From: Mobula hypostoma
Taxonomy: Eukaryota
Reading direction: 5' to 3'
Length of the DNA stretch: 64,000 bases
Assembly (NCBI RefSeq): GCF_963921235.1
Contig: NC_086097.1
Coordinates: forward strand, 141,858,001-141,922,000
Shown here piece after piece: positions 1 to 12,230 of the stretch. The translations under genes and the position numbers were made by a program. The notes below the pieces were generated by a model that worked only from the letters and a program-made list of their open reading frames with translations, had not been told where the DNA came from and ran no database searches. The first letter of the stretch is position 1; each line of letters starts with the position of its first letter.

Positions 1-1200
1 ATGATGCCCACAAGGCAGGAGAAGGCTATAGGAAGATAGCAAAGCGGTTTCAGGTAGCCGTTTCCTCAGTTCGTAATGTAATTCAGAAATGGCAGTTAAC
101 AGGAACGGTGGAGGTCAAGTTGAGGTCTGGAAGACCAAGAAAACTTTGAGAGAACTGCTCATAGGATTGCTAGAAAGGCAAATCAAAACCCCCATTTGAC
201 TGCAAAAGACCTTCAGGAAGATTTAGCAGACTTTGGAGTGGTGGTGCACTGTTCTACTGTGCAGTGACACCTGCACAAATATGACCTTCATGGAAGAGTG
301 ATTAGAAGAAAACCTTTCCTGCTTCCTTACCACAAAATTCAGTGTCAGAAGTTTGCAGAGGAACATCTAAACAAGCCTGATGCATTTTGGAAACAAGTCC
401 TGTGGACTATGAAGTTAAAATAGAACTTTTTGGCCACAATGAGCAAAGGTACGTTTGGAGAAAAAAAGAGTGCAGAATTTCATGAAAAGAACACCTCTCC
501 AACTGTTAAGCACAGGGGTGGATCGATCATGCTTTAAGCTTGTGTTGCAGCCAGTGGCACGGGGAACATTTCACTGGTAGAGGAAAGAATGAATTCAATT
601 AAATACCAGCAAATTCTGGAAGCAAACATCACACCGTCTGTAAAAAAAAATGCTGAAGATGAAAAGAGGATGGCTTCTACAACAGGATAATGATCCTACA
701 CACACCTCAAAATCCACAATGGACTACCTCAAGAGGCGCAAGCTGAAGGTTTTGCCATGGCCCTCACAGTCTCCCAACCCAAACATCATCAAAAATCTGT
801 GGGTAGACCTCAGAAGATCAGTGTATGCAAGACGGCCCAAGAATCTCACAGAACTAGAAGCCTTTTGCCAGGAAGAATGGGTGAAAACCCCCCCAAACAA
901 GAATTGAAAGACTCTTAGCTGGCTACAGAAAGTGTTTACAAGCTGTGATACTTGCCAAAGGGGGTGTTACTAAGTACTGCCATGCAGGGTGCCCAAACTT
1001 TTGCTTTGGGCTCTTTTCCTTTTTTGTTATTTTGAAACTGTAAAAGATGGAAATAAAAAAAGTAATCTTGCTTAAAATATTAAAGAAATGTGTCATCTTT
1101 AACATTATGCCTTTTGGAAATCAGTTCATCTTTTACTCACTTAACTATTCACAGTAACAGAAATTTTGACCAGGGGTGCCCAAACTTTTGCATGCCACTG
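1..1200 (+). mobile_element. Tc1/mariner DNA transposon (IR/DR type) with frameshifted DD34E transposase; 5' part lies outside the window
   Basis: ORF 650-907 has Tc1 motifs QQDNDPTH and WPSQSPNPNIIKNLW; upstream DNA encodes GRPRK and TVKHRGGSIM in shifted frames. Ends ...CATGCCACTG|TA at 1200. The 18-bp repeat GGGTGCCCAAACTTTTGC occurs at 987-1004 and 1174-1191 (inner and outer DR). Confidence 0.93.
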
Positions 1201-1209
1201 TATGCTTGT

Positions 1210-2140
1210 AAGAGATTCTGAAGATGCTGGAAATCCAGAATAACATACAAAATGCTGGAGGAAATCATCAGGTTAGGCAGCATCTATGGAAAGGAATAAG
1301 CATTTGAGATTTTGGGCTGAGATCCTTTATCGGGACAGGAAAGGAAGGAGAGAAGCCAGAATAAGAAAATGGTGAGGGCGGGGTGGTGTTGGTGGAAGGA
1401 GTACAAGCTTCCTGTACCAGCCAAGCTTGGGCGGTACAGTAGCATAGTGGTTAGCACAATGCTTTACAGTACCAGTGACCCAGATTCAATCTCCACAGCT
1501 GCCAGTAAGGAGTTTGTGTGTTTTCTGTGTGGATTTCCTCCGGGTTCTCCAGTTTTCTCCCACATCCCAAAGACATAATGGGTGGTAGATTAATTGCTCA
1601 TTGTAAATTGTCCCATGGTTAGGCTTGGATTAAATTGGGGAATTGCTGGGCAGTGCAGCTCAAAGGGCCTACTCTGTGCTGTATCTCATTAAATAAGTGA
1701 AAGGTGACAGGTGAGTGGGAGAGAGAGGATGAAGTGAGAAGCTGGGAAGTGATGGGTGGAAAAGATAAAGGGCTGAAAAAGAATCTAATAGAAGAGGAAA
1801 GTGGACCATGGGAAAAAGGGAAGGAGGAGGGCCCCCCACGGGGAGGTGATAGGCAGGTATGGAGAAGAGGTAAGGGGGAGTCAAGTTGCGGAATGGAAGA
1901 ACAGGGAGGGGGACCTACATCTTTGTTCTCTACCCACTTGCTCTCTTATCAGATTCCTCCTCCTTTAGCCCTTTTCCTTTTCCAGCTGGCATCTTCTAGT
2001 TTATTTTCCTTCCCTTCCCCCACCACCTTAATCTGGTTTCTTTCTTACCCCATCCTTTCCAGTCCAGATTACTGGTCTCAGCCGAAAATATTGACTGTCT
2101 AAATTCCTTCCCCCAGGTGCTATCTGACCTGCATTTCTTT
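1210..2140. mobile_element. Degenerate Penelope-like terminal-repeat fragments in inverted arrangement, split by a SINE
   Basis: Minus-strand copy (ACAAAATGCTGGAGGAA...GGCAGCATCTATGG, then purine-rich tract to about 1910) followed by a plus-strand copy (about 1915-2140) with a decayed CAGTC...GAAA...GACTG motif; same family as the GIY-YIG-bearing copies at 51.8 kb and 61-62 kb. Confidence 0.65.
1427..1697 (+). mobile_element. tRNA-derived SINE (HE1/V-SINE-like) with CR1-type tail
   Basis: A-box-like TAGCATAGTGG, decayed B box, central GGATTTCCTCCGGGTTCTCCAGTTTTCTCCCACATCCCAAAGAC, 3' AAGGGCCTACTCTGTGCTGTATCT and A-rich end. Confidence 0.8.
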
Positions 2141-2651
2141 TTGTATTCTTACTGTTATGCATTACACCTAGCTTCAATGTTTATGAATCTTTTTTTCCTT
2201 CAACTTTTGCAGCAAATTTTGATGTGATCTAGTTGTCCCAGAGTGTCCAGTCTCTGCCCTGCTTCTGCATTCCCTGTGCTTACCTGCTTAATTGAATCAA
2301 GATTTTGGTTAGTTTCAGCTCTAGCAATTGTGTTGAAGAGGAGTAGGATTTTGAAAGTTGACGAGTGGTCAACTTGCTTTTAAATTTTTATCCCTGTCCG
2401 TTGTAAATTGGTATGAATTGTTTGATTCTGAAAATAGCTGTAAATGCCATCTGACCTATTCACACCATATGTTGCAAAGTTTCTCATTTGTGTAAACGGA
2501 CGTTACTTTTATTGAAGGGAAAAGTGATAGTTTGTACCAGTGAAAATTGTTAATTTAAGAAACATGATTTCAAGCACTCAAAGGTTAGCCAGCTGGGTTT
2601 TTTGTTAGAGGGAAAGGAAGTCAACGATCTGTGAGTTCCATTAGGTTAGAG

Positions 2652-2731
2652 CAGGGGTTCCCAAAGTGGGCTCCACAGGTCCCTCTGTTAATTGTAGGGT
2701 TCTATGCCATAAAAAAGGTTGGGTACCACTG
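2652..2731. mobile_element. 80-bp hAT (Charlie/Buster-like) MITE
   Basis: Termini CAGGGGTTCCCAA...TTGGGTACCACTG; 8-bp TSD GGTTAGAG/GATTAGAG; related copy at 45529. Confidence 0.8.
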
Positions 2732-2907
2732 GATTAGAGGGTAATTGAGACTGGGGGTCTTTTACCTTTACACTGATAAACAGCAGTATCAACTGCCAGT
2801 TTGTGCTATTTGTCATTCCAACAACATAATAAATGAAAATTTATAAACAAAACCACAATTGCTCAAAATTTGAAAGAAAACAAAATGCTGGAAACATCTG
2901 AGCACTG

Positions 2908-3090
2908 TTGAGTCATCACCAACTCATGGTGACCCTATGGCTAGTGTAGCTGTCCGTACGGTTTTCGTGGCAAGATATGGAAGCAAATTGCCAGGCCTTT
3001 CTTCTGATAGATAGTGCCAGTTGCGATCCACCTGGTTTGGAACCCGGGACCATCCACCTCAGAAGTTCAGTGCTGGCGACACTACAGTAT
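2908..3090 (-). mobile_element. Short tRNA-derived SINE with RTE-type 3' tail
   Basis: Minus strand reads ...GGTCCCGGGTTCCAAACC (B-box-like)...AAGGCCTGGCAATTTGCTTCC...GAAAACCGTACGG...CATAGGGTCACCATGAGTTGGTGATGACTCAA, resembling RTE/BovB-derived SINE tails. Confidence 0.6.
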
Positions 3091-3394
3091 TCTGAAATTT
3101 GTCTTCTCCAGATAGCCATGAAACAAAGAAAGAACATGAAAGTTATTCAGAGAGAAACACCCACCCCACCCCCCACACACAAAAGAGTGGCATCCTGATC
3201 ATCATGGAATAGGAATATTGACCCCTGAAAAAACAAACCCTCCCCCACCAAAAAGCTAACAGAACATCAATCCACAAACACCCTCCCCTCGCACAACAAA
3301 GCAAGAAAGGAATGAGCGATTTAAAAAAAACACAATATAAAAACCACAAGTCTGAACAACACCACACAGCAACAACAACAGTGCTTCTACTTTC

Positions 3395-4000
3395 TTAGAA
3401 ATTTGTGCAGATGTGGTATGTCTAAAACTTCGGCAAACTTCTATAGATGCACAATGGCTGACTGGTTGCATCACGGTCTGGTATGGAAACCCTAGTGCCC
3501 AAGAACAGAAAAGCCCTCAAAAAGTGGTGGATACATCATAGTCCATCACAAGCAAAGCATGCCCCACTAATGAGCACAACTACAAGGAATGCTGCTACAA
3601 GAAAGGAGCATCCATTTCTCAAAGACTCCTACCATCCAGACCATGGTCTCTTCTTGCTGCTGCCATTGGGAAGGAGAGACAGGAGCTTTAGCTCCCATGC
3701 CACGAGGTTCAGGAACAGTTATTATACTTCAATTATCGGGTTCCTGAATCATCTGAACTGATTTCATGAGCTATAGACTAACTTTCAAGGAGTGTACAAC
3801 TCATATTCACAACATTGTTTCTTTATCTATCCATCTATTTATCTTTATTACTTATTTGCAGTTTGTCTTTTGCACATTGGTCATTTGTCATTGATTATTA
3901 TTTTTTTTCTACTGTGAATGCCTGCAAGAAAATGAATCTCAAAGTAGTATATGGTGACATATACATACTTTGATAATAAATTCACTTTGAACTTGGAACT
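3395..4000 (+). mobile_element. Rex1/Babar-like LINE 3' remnant
   Basis: ORF 3483-3761 contains HPDHGLFLLLPLGRR...TRFRNSYY, typical of the Rex1/Babar RT C-terminus, followed by AATAAA and a (TTGAAC)n-like tail. Confidence 0.75.
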
Positions 4001-4102
4001 TTGAGCCCTAAACATGTCTCTGTTGTCATCTGCAAACTTACTAATCATGCTAGCTACGTGCTCATCCAAATTGTTAATATATGTGTTAAACGACAGTGTT
4101 AG

Positions 4103-5162
4103 AAGCATGAGAAATTTTGCAGATGCTGAAAATCTAAAGCAACACACAAAAAGTGTTGGAGGAACTCAACAGGTCAGACAGCATCTATGGAAATTAATAA
4201 GCAGTCGTCTTTTGGGCAGAGACCCTTCTTCAGGACCAGAACGGAAGGGGGGAAGATGCCAGAGTAAAAAGGTGAGAAGAGGGGAAAGGAGGATAGCTGG
4301 AAGGTGGAGCCAGGTGGGTAGGAAAGGTAAAGGGCTGGTGAGGAAGGAATCTGATAGAGTAGAGTAGACCAAAGGAGAAAGGGAAGAAGGAGGGGACCCA
4401 AGGGGAGGTGATTGACAGGTGAGAAGTTAAAGGCCAGAGTGGGGAATAGAAGAAGAGGGGAGTGGGAGGAAAAGTGTTTTTACCAGAGGAAGAAATTGAT
4501 ATTATGCTATCCAGTTAGAAGCTACCCAGATGGAATATAAGGTGTTGCTCCTCCATCCTAAGGGTGTCCACATCATGGCTTAAGAAGAGACCATGGACCA
4601 ACATGTCAGAACAAGAATGGGAATTAGAATTAAAGTGTTTGGCTACCAAGAAACTCCACTTTTGGTGGATGGAGCAGAGAAGTGGCCCCTCAGTTTATGA
4701 CTACTCTTACCAATGTACAGGAGACTGCATCGGGAGCACCAGACACAATAGATGACCACAGCAGATTCGCAGGTGAAGTGTTGCCTACCCTGGAAGGACT
4801 GTTTGGGGTCCTGAACGGAGGTAAGGGAGGAGCTGAATGGGCAGGTGTGGCACTTTGGCCCCTTTCAGGAATGAGTGCCGGGAGGAAGATTAATGGGGAG
4901 GGACGAATGGACGGGGGAATAACAGAGGGAGCAATCCCTGAGGAGAGAGGGAGGGGAGGTAAAGATGTGTTTGGTGGAAGGGTCCCTTTGGAGATGGTGA
5001 AAGTTGTGGAGAATGATGTGTTGGATGTGGAGGCTCATGGAGTGGTAGATAAGGACAAGAGGAACTCTTATCACTGTTTAGGCGGGAAGGCGGTGGGAAG
5101 ATGGGGTGAGCGTGGATGTTGAGGAAATGGAGGAGATGCAGGTAAGGGCAGCATCAATGATG
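4103..5162 (-). mobile_element. Penelope-like retroelement 3' fragment (RT C-terminus, GIY-YIG endonuclease remnant, terminal repeat)
   Basis: Minus ORF 4865-5074 RVPLVLIYH...IQHIILHNFHHLQRDPSTKHIF; GIY-YIG-region DNA homologous to 51990-52316; terminal repeat with decayed hammerhead motif at about 4202-4238. Confidence 0.85.
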
Positions 5163-5609
5163 CTGTTAGATCTGGAGATGTCATTATCCAAAAGATTCTT
5201 CAGAGGTCAAGAACAAGGTGCATATGTTATGGTTAATGCTGTTTTATTTGATATTAACTTGAATCAGCAAGCAAGGCAGAAAAGTAACAAATGAATCTGA
5301 ACACAGACTTCAATTTTGTGCTGCAAAACTGGTCAGAATGGTTCTAGATAAGCCTATGAGTAGTGACTGATTCACACTTCAGCTTTACAGACAAGGACAC
5401 TGGAAGTACTGAACCATATGCAAGATTAAGATTAGTTTTTTTTTTGTCACATCAACGCATACAGTGAAATGCATCTTTCTTGTGTCAATGACCAAACCAG
5501 TCCGAGGACTGTGCTATGTTTCTATGTTGCTATGCTTCTGGCACCAATATAGCATGCAAACAACTAACTAACCCTAATTCGTATGTGTTTTTGAATGTGG
5601 AATGGAACC

Positions 5610-7150
5610 TGTACTATGCATCTATCTTCAGTGTGGAAGACACTAGCAATGTGTCTTAGGTCTGTTAGTGTTACGGAGCAGGAGTGGGTGCCATAGGAAA
5701 AAGTGCTAGGCAAATTCAAAGGTCTTAAGGTAGATAAGTTAGCTGGATCTTTCAAGAGGACTGGAAGATTGCAAATGTCACTCCATTCTTTAAGAAGGAA
5801 GGGAAAAAAAAAGAAATTATAGGCCAATTAGCCTAACCTCAGTGGTTGGGAAGTGTTGGAGGATAAGGTTTAAGGATGAAGTTTTGAGGTACTTGGAGAC
5901 TAATGATAAAGTAAGTCAAAGTCAGCTTTGTTTCTGTGAAGGGAAATCTTGCTTGACAAATCTGTTAGCATTCTTCAAGGAAGTAACAAGCAGGGTGGAT
6001 AACGGAGAGGGAGGCGGTGGATGTCAATTACTTGGATTTTCAGAAGGCGTTTGATAAGGTGCCACATATGAGACTGCTTAACAAGATAAAATCCTATGGT
6101 GTCACAGGAGAGATACTGGCATGGATAGAGGAATAGCTGACAGGCAAGAGGCAGCGAGTGGGAATAAAAGGGGCTTTTTCTGGTTGGCTGCTGGTGACCA
6201 GTGGTGTTCCTTGGGGTCAGTATTTCACATTATTTGTCAGTGATTTGGATAATGGAATTGATGGTTTTGTGGCAAAATTTGAGGATAATGTGCAGATAGT
6301 GGAGGGGTAGTAGTGCTGAGGAAATAATGCAATTGTAGCAGGACTTCGACATATTGTATGAATGGGCACAGAAGTGGCAGATGGAATACAATGTTGGGAA
6401 ATGTATGATAATACATTTTGGTAAAGGAACAATAGTGCAGACTATTATCTAAATGGGCAGAAGGGTCAAACATCAGAGGTGCAGGGGGACTTGGGAGTCC
6501 TCGTGCAAGACTCCCAGAAGGTTAATTTACAGATTGAGTCTGTGTTAAAGAAGGCAAATGCAGTGTTGGCATTTATTTCAAGGGGAATAGCATATAAAAG
6601 CAAGGAGATAATGCTGAGCCTTTAGAAGACATTAGTCAGACTGCACTTGGAGTATTGTCAACAGTTTTGGGCCCCATAGCTCAGAAAGGATGTGTCATTG
6701 GAGAGGGTCCAGAGGAGGTTAACGAGGATGAAGGGGTTAACAAATGGGGAGTGTTTGGCTGCTTTGGGCCTGTACTCACCGGAATTTAGAAGAATGCATG
6801 GATATCTCATTGAACCCTACCGAATGTTAAAAGGACTAGATAAGGTGAATATGGAGAGGATATTTCCTGTGGTGGAGGAGAGGCCTTTTAGAACGGAGAT
6901 AAGGAGGATTTTTTTTTTTAGCCAGAGAGTAGTGAATCTGTGGAGTGCTCTACCACAGTCTGCGGTGGAGGCAGAGTCCATGGGTATATTTTAAGGCGGA
7001 TGTTGATAGTTTCCTGATTAGTCAGGGCATCAACGGATATGACAAGAAGGCAGGTGTATAGGGTTGAGTGGGACCCAAAATCAACCATGATGGAACGGCG
7101 GAGCAGACTTGGTGGTCTGAATGGCTTAATTCTGTTCCTATGTCATGGTC
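5610..7150 (+). mobile_element. CR1 LINE ORF2 remnant with 3' UTR
   Basis: Fragments KSCLTNLLAFFKEVT, LDFQKAFDKV, LERVQRRLTRM, LGLYSPEFRRM; CR1 3' end AATGGCTTAATTCTGTTCCTATGTC. Confidence 0.9.
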
Positions 7151-7414
7151 TTACAAAAATTCAGTATGTGACTGCAGTATTTATTCATTCGGTGATGATG
7201 TTATCAAATACATAGCTGGTAGTTCACTGGTGTTTTAATTTTCTGGCTAATTTTAATCAAGATGTTTTAAGCTTTCTGATGGATGTAGAAACAAGAATGT
7301 ACTGTGTGTAAAGGTAATTACTGGAGGCAAAATAAATTGTAATATTTTCCAGAATATTGTAGAGAATGATTTGAAATAAATTCCTTTTCAGATAATTATG
7401 ATCTTTTTTAGATC

Positions 7415-7415
7415 T

Positions 7416-7466
<51 letters not shown>

Positions 7467-7545
7467 TATGTGTGTGTGGGTATATGTGTGTGTGGGTATA
7501 TGTGTGTGTGTGTATATATGTGTGTGTGTGTGTGTGTATATATAT
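7415..7545. repeat. (TG)n/(TA)n compound microsatellite
   Basis: Directly visible long TG run with GGTATA interruptions. Confidence 0.97.
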
Positions 7546-7799
7546 AGTACTACTGGTGGGCAGCCTTGTACTTGGCATCTCGCTTTTGCTAATTTACTTT
7601 TCTGATGCAATTCATTTTGTGCTGGTATGTTGCCCTCTGAAAACAGAACCTTGACAAATACATAGTACACATCAGAATTGAAAAATGGTGTTTGATTGTA
7701 AATTTGAGAATGGAGATCATACATAGGAAAGGGTTTCTTGAGTTGATGTATATTTTAAAAGTTAAACTAGACTGAAATGTCGAGAGAAAGTAGGCAGCT

Positions 7800-10603
7800 G
7801 CGTACATACATCTATTGATGCTTCTGGACACATCTTCAGTGATGTTCCTGGAATCATCGAATGTTTCGGGTTTTTCAACATCATACAACCTCCTCCAGGT
7901 GACCCAGCCGGGGCTGATCAGACCCCAGCTTGTGTCCAGATGGCTAGCTACTTATGACTCCATGGCTCCCCTCTTTTGAGCCACAGCCATCTTCAGGCCC
8001 TCTCTGCCGCATCGGTGGTACTGCAGATGGCTCTCCTCTTCCTCTCTCCCTCGATGCCCAAAATGCTGAAGGCTCTAAGTAAAGAATGGGCTACGAATCC
8101 CCTACAACCAACTTCCACTGGGAGACACCTCGCTCTCCATCCAGCCTGCTGACAGTTGCTGACCAGTCCTGCATACTTGGAGAGCTTCCTTTCAAAGGCC
8201 TCTTCCAAGCTATCTTCCCATGGGACTGTCAGCTCCAGCAGCACCACTTGCTTAGTCGACTCAGACACTAGGACAATGTCTGATTGCAGGATGGTGGCTG
8301 CAATATGGTTGGGGAACTTCAGCTGCCCTTCGAGGTCCACCAACAGCTGCCAGTCCCTTGCAGAGGTCAGAATGCCTGCAGATGTTCTTTTGGCAGGTAT
8401 TGGCTGCTCCCCAGCTCTGACAAAGGCAATGGTCTGCTTGGAGGGTCGGGACTACTTCGCCGACTCAACTGCTGTGCTGACGGCTTCAGTGATGGTCTTC
8501 AGGACCTGATCATGCCTGTACCATCCCTCACCAAGTGCCCTTGCACAGCCGCTGAGGATGTGCTCCAGGGTTCCTCGCTTGGAGCACAGTGGGCACTCAG
8601 ATGACTGTGCCTTGCCCCATGTGTGCAGGTTTGATGGGCTTGGAAGCACATCGTACATTGCCTGGATGAGAAATTGGATGCGGTGTGGTTGGGCTTTCCA
8701 AAGATCAGCCCAGGTCACTTTCCTCTCAACTGCATTCTCCCATCTTGTCCAAGCTCCCTGTTGCTTCATTCCCACCGCCTTGCAGGCTCTCATCTCCTCC
8801 ACGACTACTGTCACCTCCTCCTGAACTAGACGACGCCTTTCCTTCCCTCTGGTGTCCATTTGGGGAGTTGGAAAGGATCCTAGCCCAGCTCGGCCTCGTG
8901 TGACCACTCCCACCAGCCTCCTGTGACGCAGTCTTGCCTCTGCCTCCTGAACAGCTTCCTCTGCCCTCCACTTCCTGCCAGTACTTACTTGGATCCCTGC
9001 TCTAGCCACCTTCAGGTCACTTGAGTCCCTGTACTATAGCACTTCTCTGGCTCTTGTTACCTTGAATTCTTCCTCCAAGGATTTGAAGGGCAGTTGCAGT
9101 TTGTTGTGGTGTCCATAGAGTGTGATGCTGCTCAGGCTCTTTGGCAGCCCCAGCCATCTCCTGAGGTGGTTGCTGACCCTCCTCTCTAAGGTTTCGACTG
9201 TCGAGATCGGAACTGCATAGACGAGGAGGGGCCACAGGATTCTGGGAAGAATGCCATGCTGATACACCCAGGCTTTAAACATCCCAGCTAGGCCAGACTT
9301 GTCCACAGATTTCAGCCAGCCATCCAACTCGGTGCAGTTTGCCTGAATGGATGTTGTGTCCCTTAAAGAGCTGTCAAAAACTTTGCCTAAGCTCTTGACT
9401 GGCTTTTCTGTGATGGTTGGGATGGCTGTGCCTGCGATGCTGAACTGGATCTTGTGCTCCACCTTCTCTTTCCTCAGCACCATCGATCTTGATTTGGCAG
9501 GTTTGAAACGCATCCAGGCCCACTCCACCAGCTTTTTGAGCCCTTGCAGAATCCTCCGGCAGCCTGGGACTGATTCTGTGGTGAATGTGAGGTCATCCAT
9601 GAATGCCCTGATAGGTGGTTGCCGTTGAGCGGAATTCTTTATGGGCCCTCTGCACTCTGGTTCAGCAGACTTAGTGAGCATGTTCATGGCTAGGGAGAAC
9701 AGTGTCACTGAGATAGTGCACCCTGTGATGATGCCGATCTCCACCTTGTGCCAGGTTGATGTAATTGCTCCTGAAGAGACCCTCATCCTGAAGTTGCTGT
9801 AATAATCAGCAATAAAGTCTCTGATTCTGCTGGGGACGTGATATTTGGTCAGTGTGAGCTGCACCAGCTTGTGTGGAATGGAGCCATATGCATTTGCCAG
9901 GTCCAGCCACAACACTGAAGGTTGTCCTTGTTCTCTCTGGCCTCCCTGATGAGCTGTGTCACCACACTGATGTGCTCCAGACAGCCCGGCATCCCTGAAA
10001 TGCCACCCTTCTGGACTAATGTATCAATATAGGTGTTCTTTGCTAGGTAGGTGCACAGCTGGTTAGAAACTGCACTGAAGAAGATCTTGGCCTCGACACA
10101 CAGCAGGGAGGTGATGCGAAACTGACCTATCTGGGTGGCATTTTCCTCCTTCGGGATCCACACCCCTTCAGCCACTCTCCACTGTTCTGGGATTTTCCCC
10201 CTTCTCCAAAAGGTTCTCAGAATCTTCCGCAGACGCAGCAGGAGTTTGGGGCAATTTTTGTACACTTTGTACGAGGTGTTGCTTGGTCCTGGAGCCGAGC
10301 TTGCCCTTGCTTTGCGGACGACCTCTCTGACTTCCTCTAGTTGCAGCACTGACATGTCGAACTGCACATCCGGTTCAGGTGGGTCTATTAGGATGTCGCA
10401 CTCTCCCAACTCCTGCTCTCTTTCAGGATCATTATATATCTTCTTCAGATGTTGGTCTTTGTCTTCATGCGAACAGGCCAGTTTCCCACTGCACTTCTCC
10501 TCCAGCAGCTCCTCCGTGAACTTGAAGGGGTCGGTGATAAAGGCAGCATGTTTTCGGGCCCTTTCACGACGCCACCTCTGATGCCACTCTGCCCGGCGGA
10601 GAG
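7800..10603 (-). mobile_element. 5'-truncated non-LTR retrotransposon with RT, CCHC knuckle and restriction-like endonuclease (Hero clade, R2 superfamily)
   Basis: Frameshifted ORF pieces: APGPS...KVYKNCP, WLDLANAYGSIPH, GIITGCTIS, RAFMDDLT (RT); CPLCSKRGTLEHILSGC...RHDQVL (CCHC/RHD); (P)DIVLVS...LLELTVPWE...ERKLSKY (PD-(D/E)xK RLE). Confidence 0.9.
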
Positions 10604-11130
10604 TATTATTGTATTTTTTTCCTAAGAAGAACAAGAACCCACATAAGGATATTGAAATGCTTTTTGTGAATTGGATTCAGGAAACACATCTTTCTTTTGT
10701 AGATTTAATTTAAGTCATTTAACTTTTTGCATTGTTTTCATGTCATTGCAAGTTCTAAGATTTTTTAAATATTCTTTGAATTTGATTGTTTTCTCAAGGG
10801 TTGCAAATAGCCCTTAAGAATTTGATGGTTGCAGTATACAAGTTGGGCATAAAGAATGGAGAAGTATGGTGGTCATGAAAAAGAAAGAACTTAAACTGTC
10901 CAAATACATCTTGTAGCAGGACTAGCTTAAAGGGCAAAGGGAAGGATTTATGAATTGTATTTATGAAAATTTTTCTAAAAGTATCAACATATACTTTTGT
11001 GCTGTAAAGATGGAAGCATTGCTAAATCCTGGATTAATGGACACAATGACTTTCAAATGGAACAAGCATTGTGGAGGTGTTTTGGGAAATAGGTTAGTTA
11101 ATCTAGTCAAGGAATTTAAAGGATAAATTG

Positions 11131-12230
11131 CACTCAGTGGCCATTTTATTAGGTACACCTGCTCATTAACGCAAAGTAGTTCAGACCAAAGCATCAGAAT
11201 GGAGAGGAAATGTGATCTTATTGACTTTAACTGTGGAATGATTGTTGCTGGTCGATGGGGAGATTTGAGTATCTCAGAAACTGCTGACTTCCCAGGGTTT
11301 TCACACACGGCTATCTCTAGTGTTTATAAAGAATGGTGCAAAAAAAAAACCACCCCAAAGATATCCAGTGAGCACCAGTTGTGTGAACGAAAACATACTG
11401 TTAATGAGAGGGGTTGGGGGAGAATGACAGACAGGTTCTGTGGAGGTTGCTGTAAGGCAAAGGCTAATGACAGTGTATATTCCAGGGCAGTTGTTGTCAT
11501 GTTCAGACCTTTCAAGCGAGACCTCTGGAGATACCTCTGTTTACTACAGATGAGTTAGGCTGGGGTGACTGTGGCAGTCTGTATTGAAGCCAGGCGAGTG
11601 AGGCCTCTGCAGTGAGACTTTTCCAGAAAGGTCTTAGTAAAACGTAGTGTCCCTTTAGATAATAGAGGTGGCGGAGATAGATGAGTTGAGGATAACAGAA
11701 GGATGTGAAACATACTCGACAACTAAGGCAACTGATATCATCATCTGGCTAAGTAAAATATCATCCACTGCTTTCAGTTTTGATTGTATATTGTGAATGG
11801 CAGTTGATCCTGTAAGCAAGGAATTCAACATGTATAATTTACCAGATGGTCACTATTGATAACTGATAAGCCAATTCTGTATAAAAACAGCAAAGTTTTC
11901 AATCCTGTCTTCAGAACCGTGTGGGTGACAGGGGCCATGCTGTTCTCCTTGTACACAAATAAAATAAAAGGAATGCCTGAGCAATAAGAGTGTGTATGTG
12001 TCTTGGGCCCAGTTACTTTAGTTAATTTATTATTGGCAATGGCATTTCAAACTGACAGAAAGGCCACAGTAACTCAAAATAACAATGGGTTGCAATAGTG
12101 GCGTTTGGAAGTGTATTTCTGAATGCACAGCCCGTTGAGTCTTGAAGTGGATGGGCTATGGCAACAGAAGAGCACGAACATACACTTTGGCCACTCTACA
12201 CGAGTTACCTAATAAAATGGCTATTCAATG
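11131..12230 (+). mobile_element. Non-autonomous Tc1-like element, interrupted by a probable solo LTR
   Basis: TIRs CACTCAGTGGCCATTTTATTAGGTA (11131) and TACCTAATAAAATGGCTATTCAATG|TA (12230); internal paired-box-like remnant GMIVAGR...SISETAD.PGFSHTAISSVYKEW. Confidence 0.8.
11439..12044 (+). mobile_element. Probable solo LTR
   Basis: About 606-bp insert that interrupts the Tc1-like sequence, begins TG and ends CA, has AATAAA near 11960; flanks GTTC/TTTC (imperfect 4-bp TSD). Confidence 0.5.

Noticed and set aside
7257..7724. HT/CV-rich ORFs
   Set aside because: Translations of the TG microsatellite.
7815..7915. Possible hammerhead in the Hero 3' UTR (CCCGAAAC and CTGAAGA on the minus strand)
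   Set aside because: The motifs are present, but I could not build the three required stems in a valid order; more likely an ordinary 3' stem-loop.
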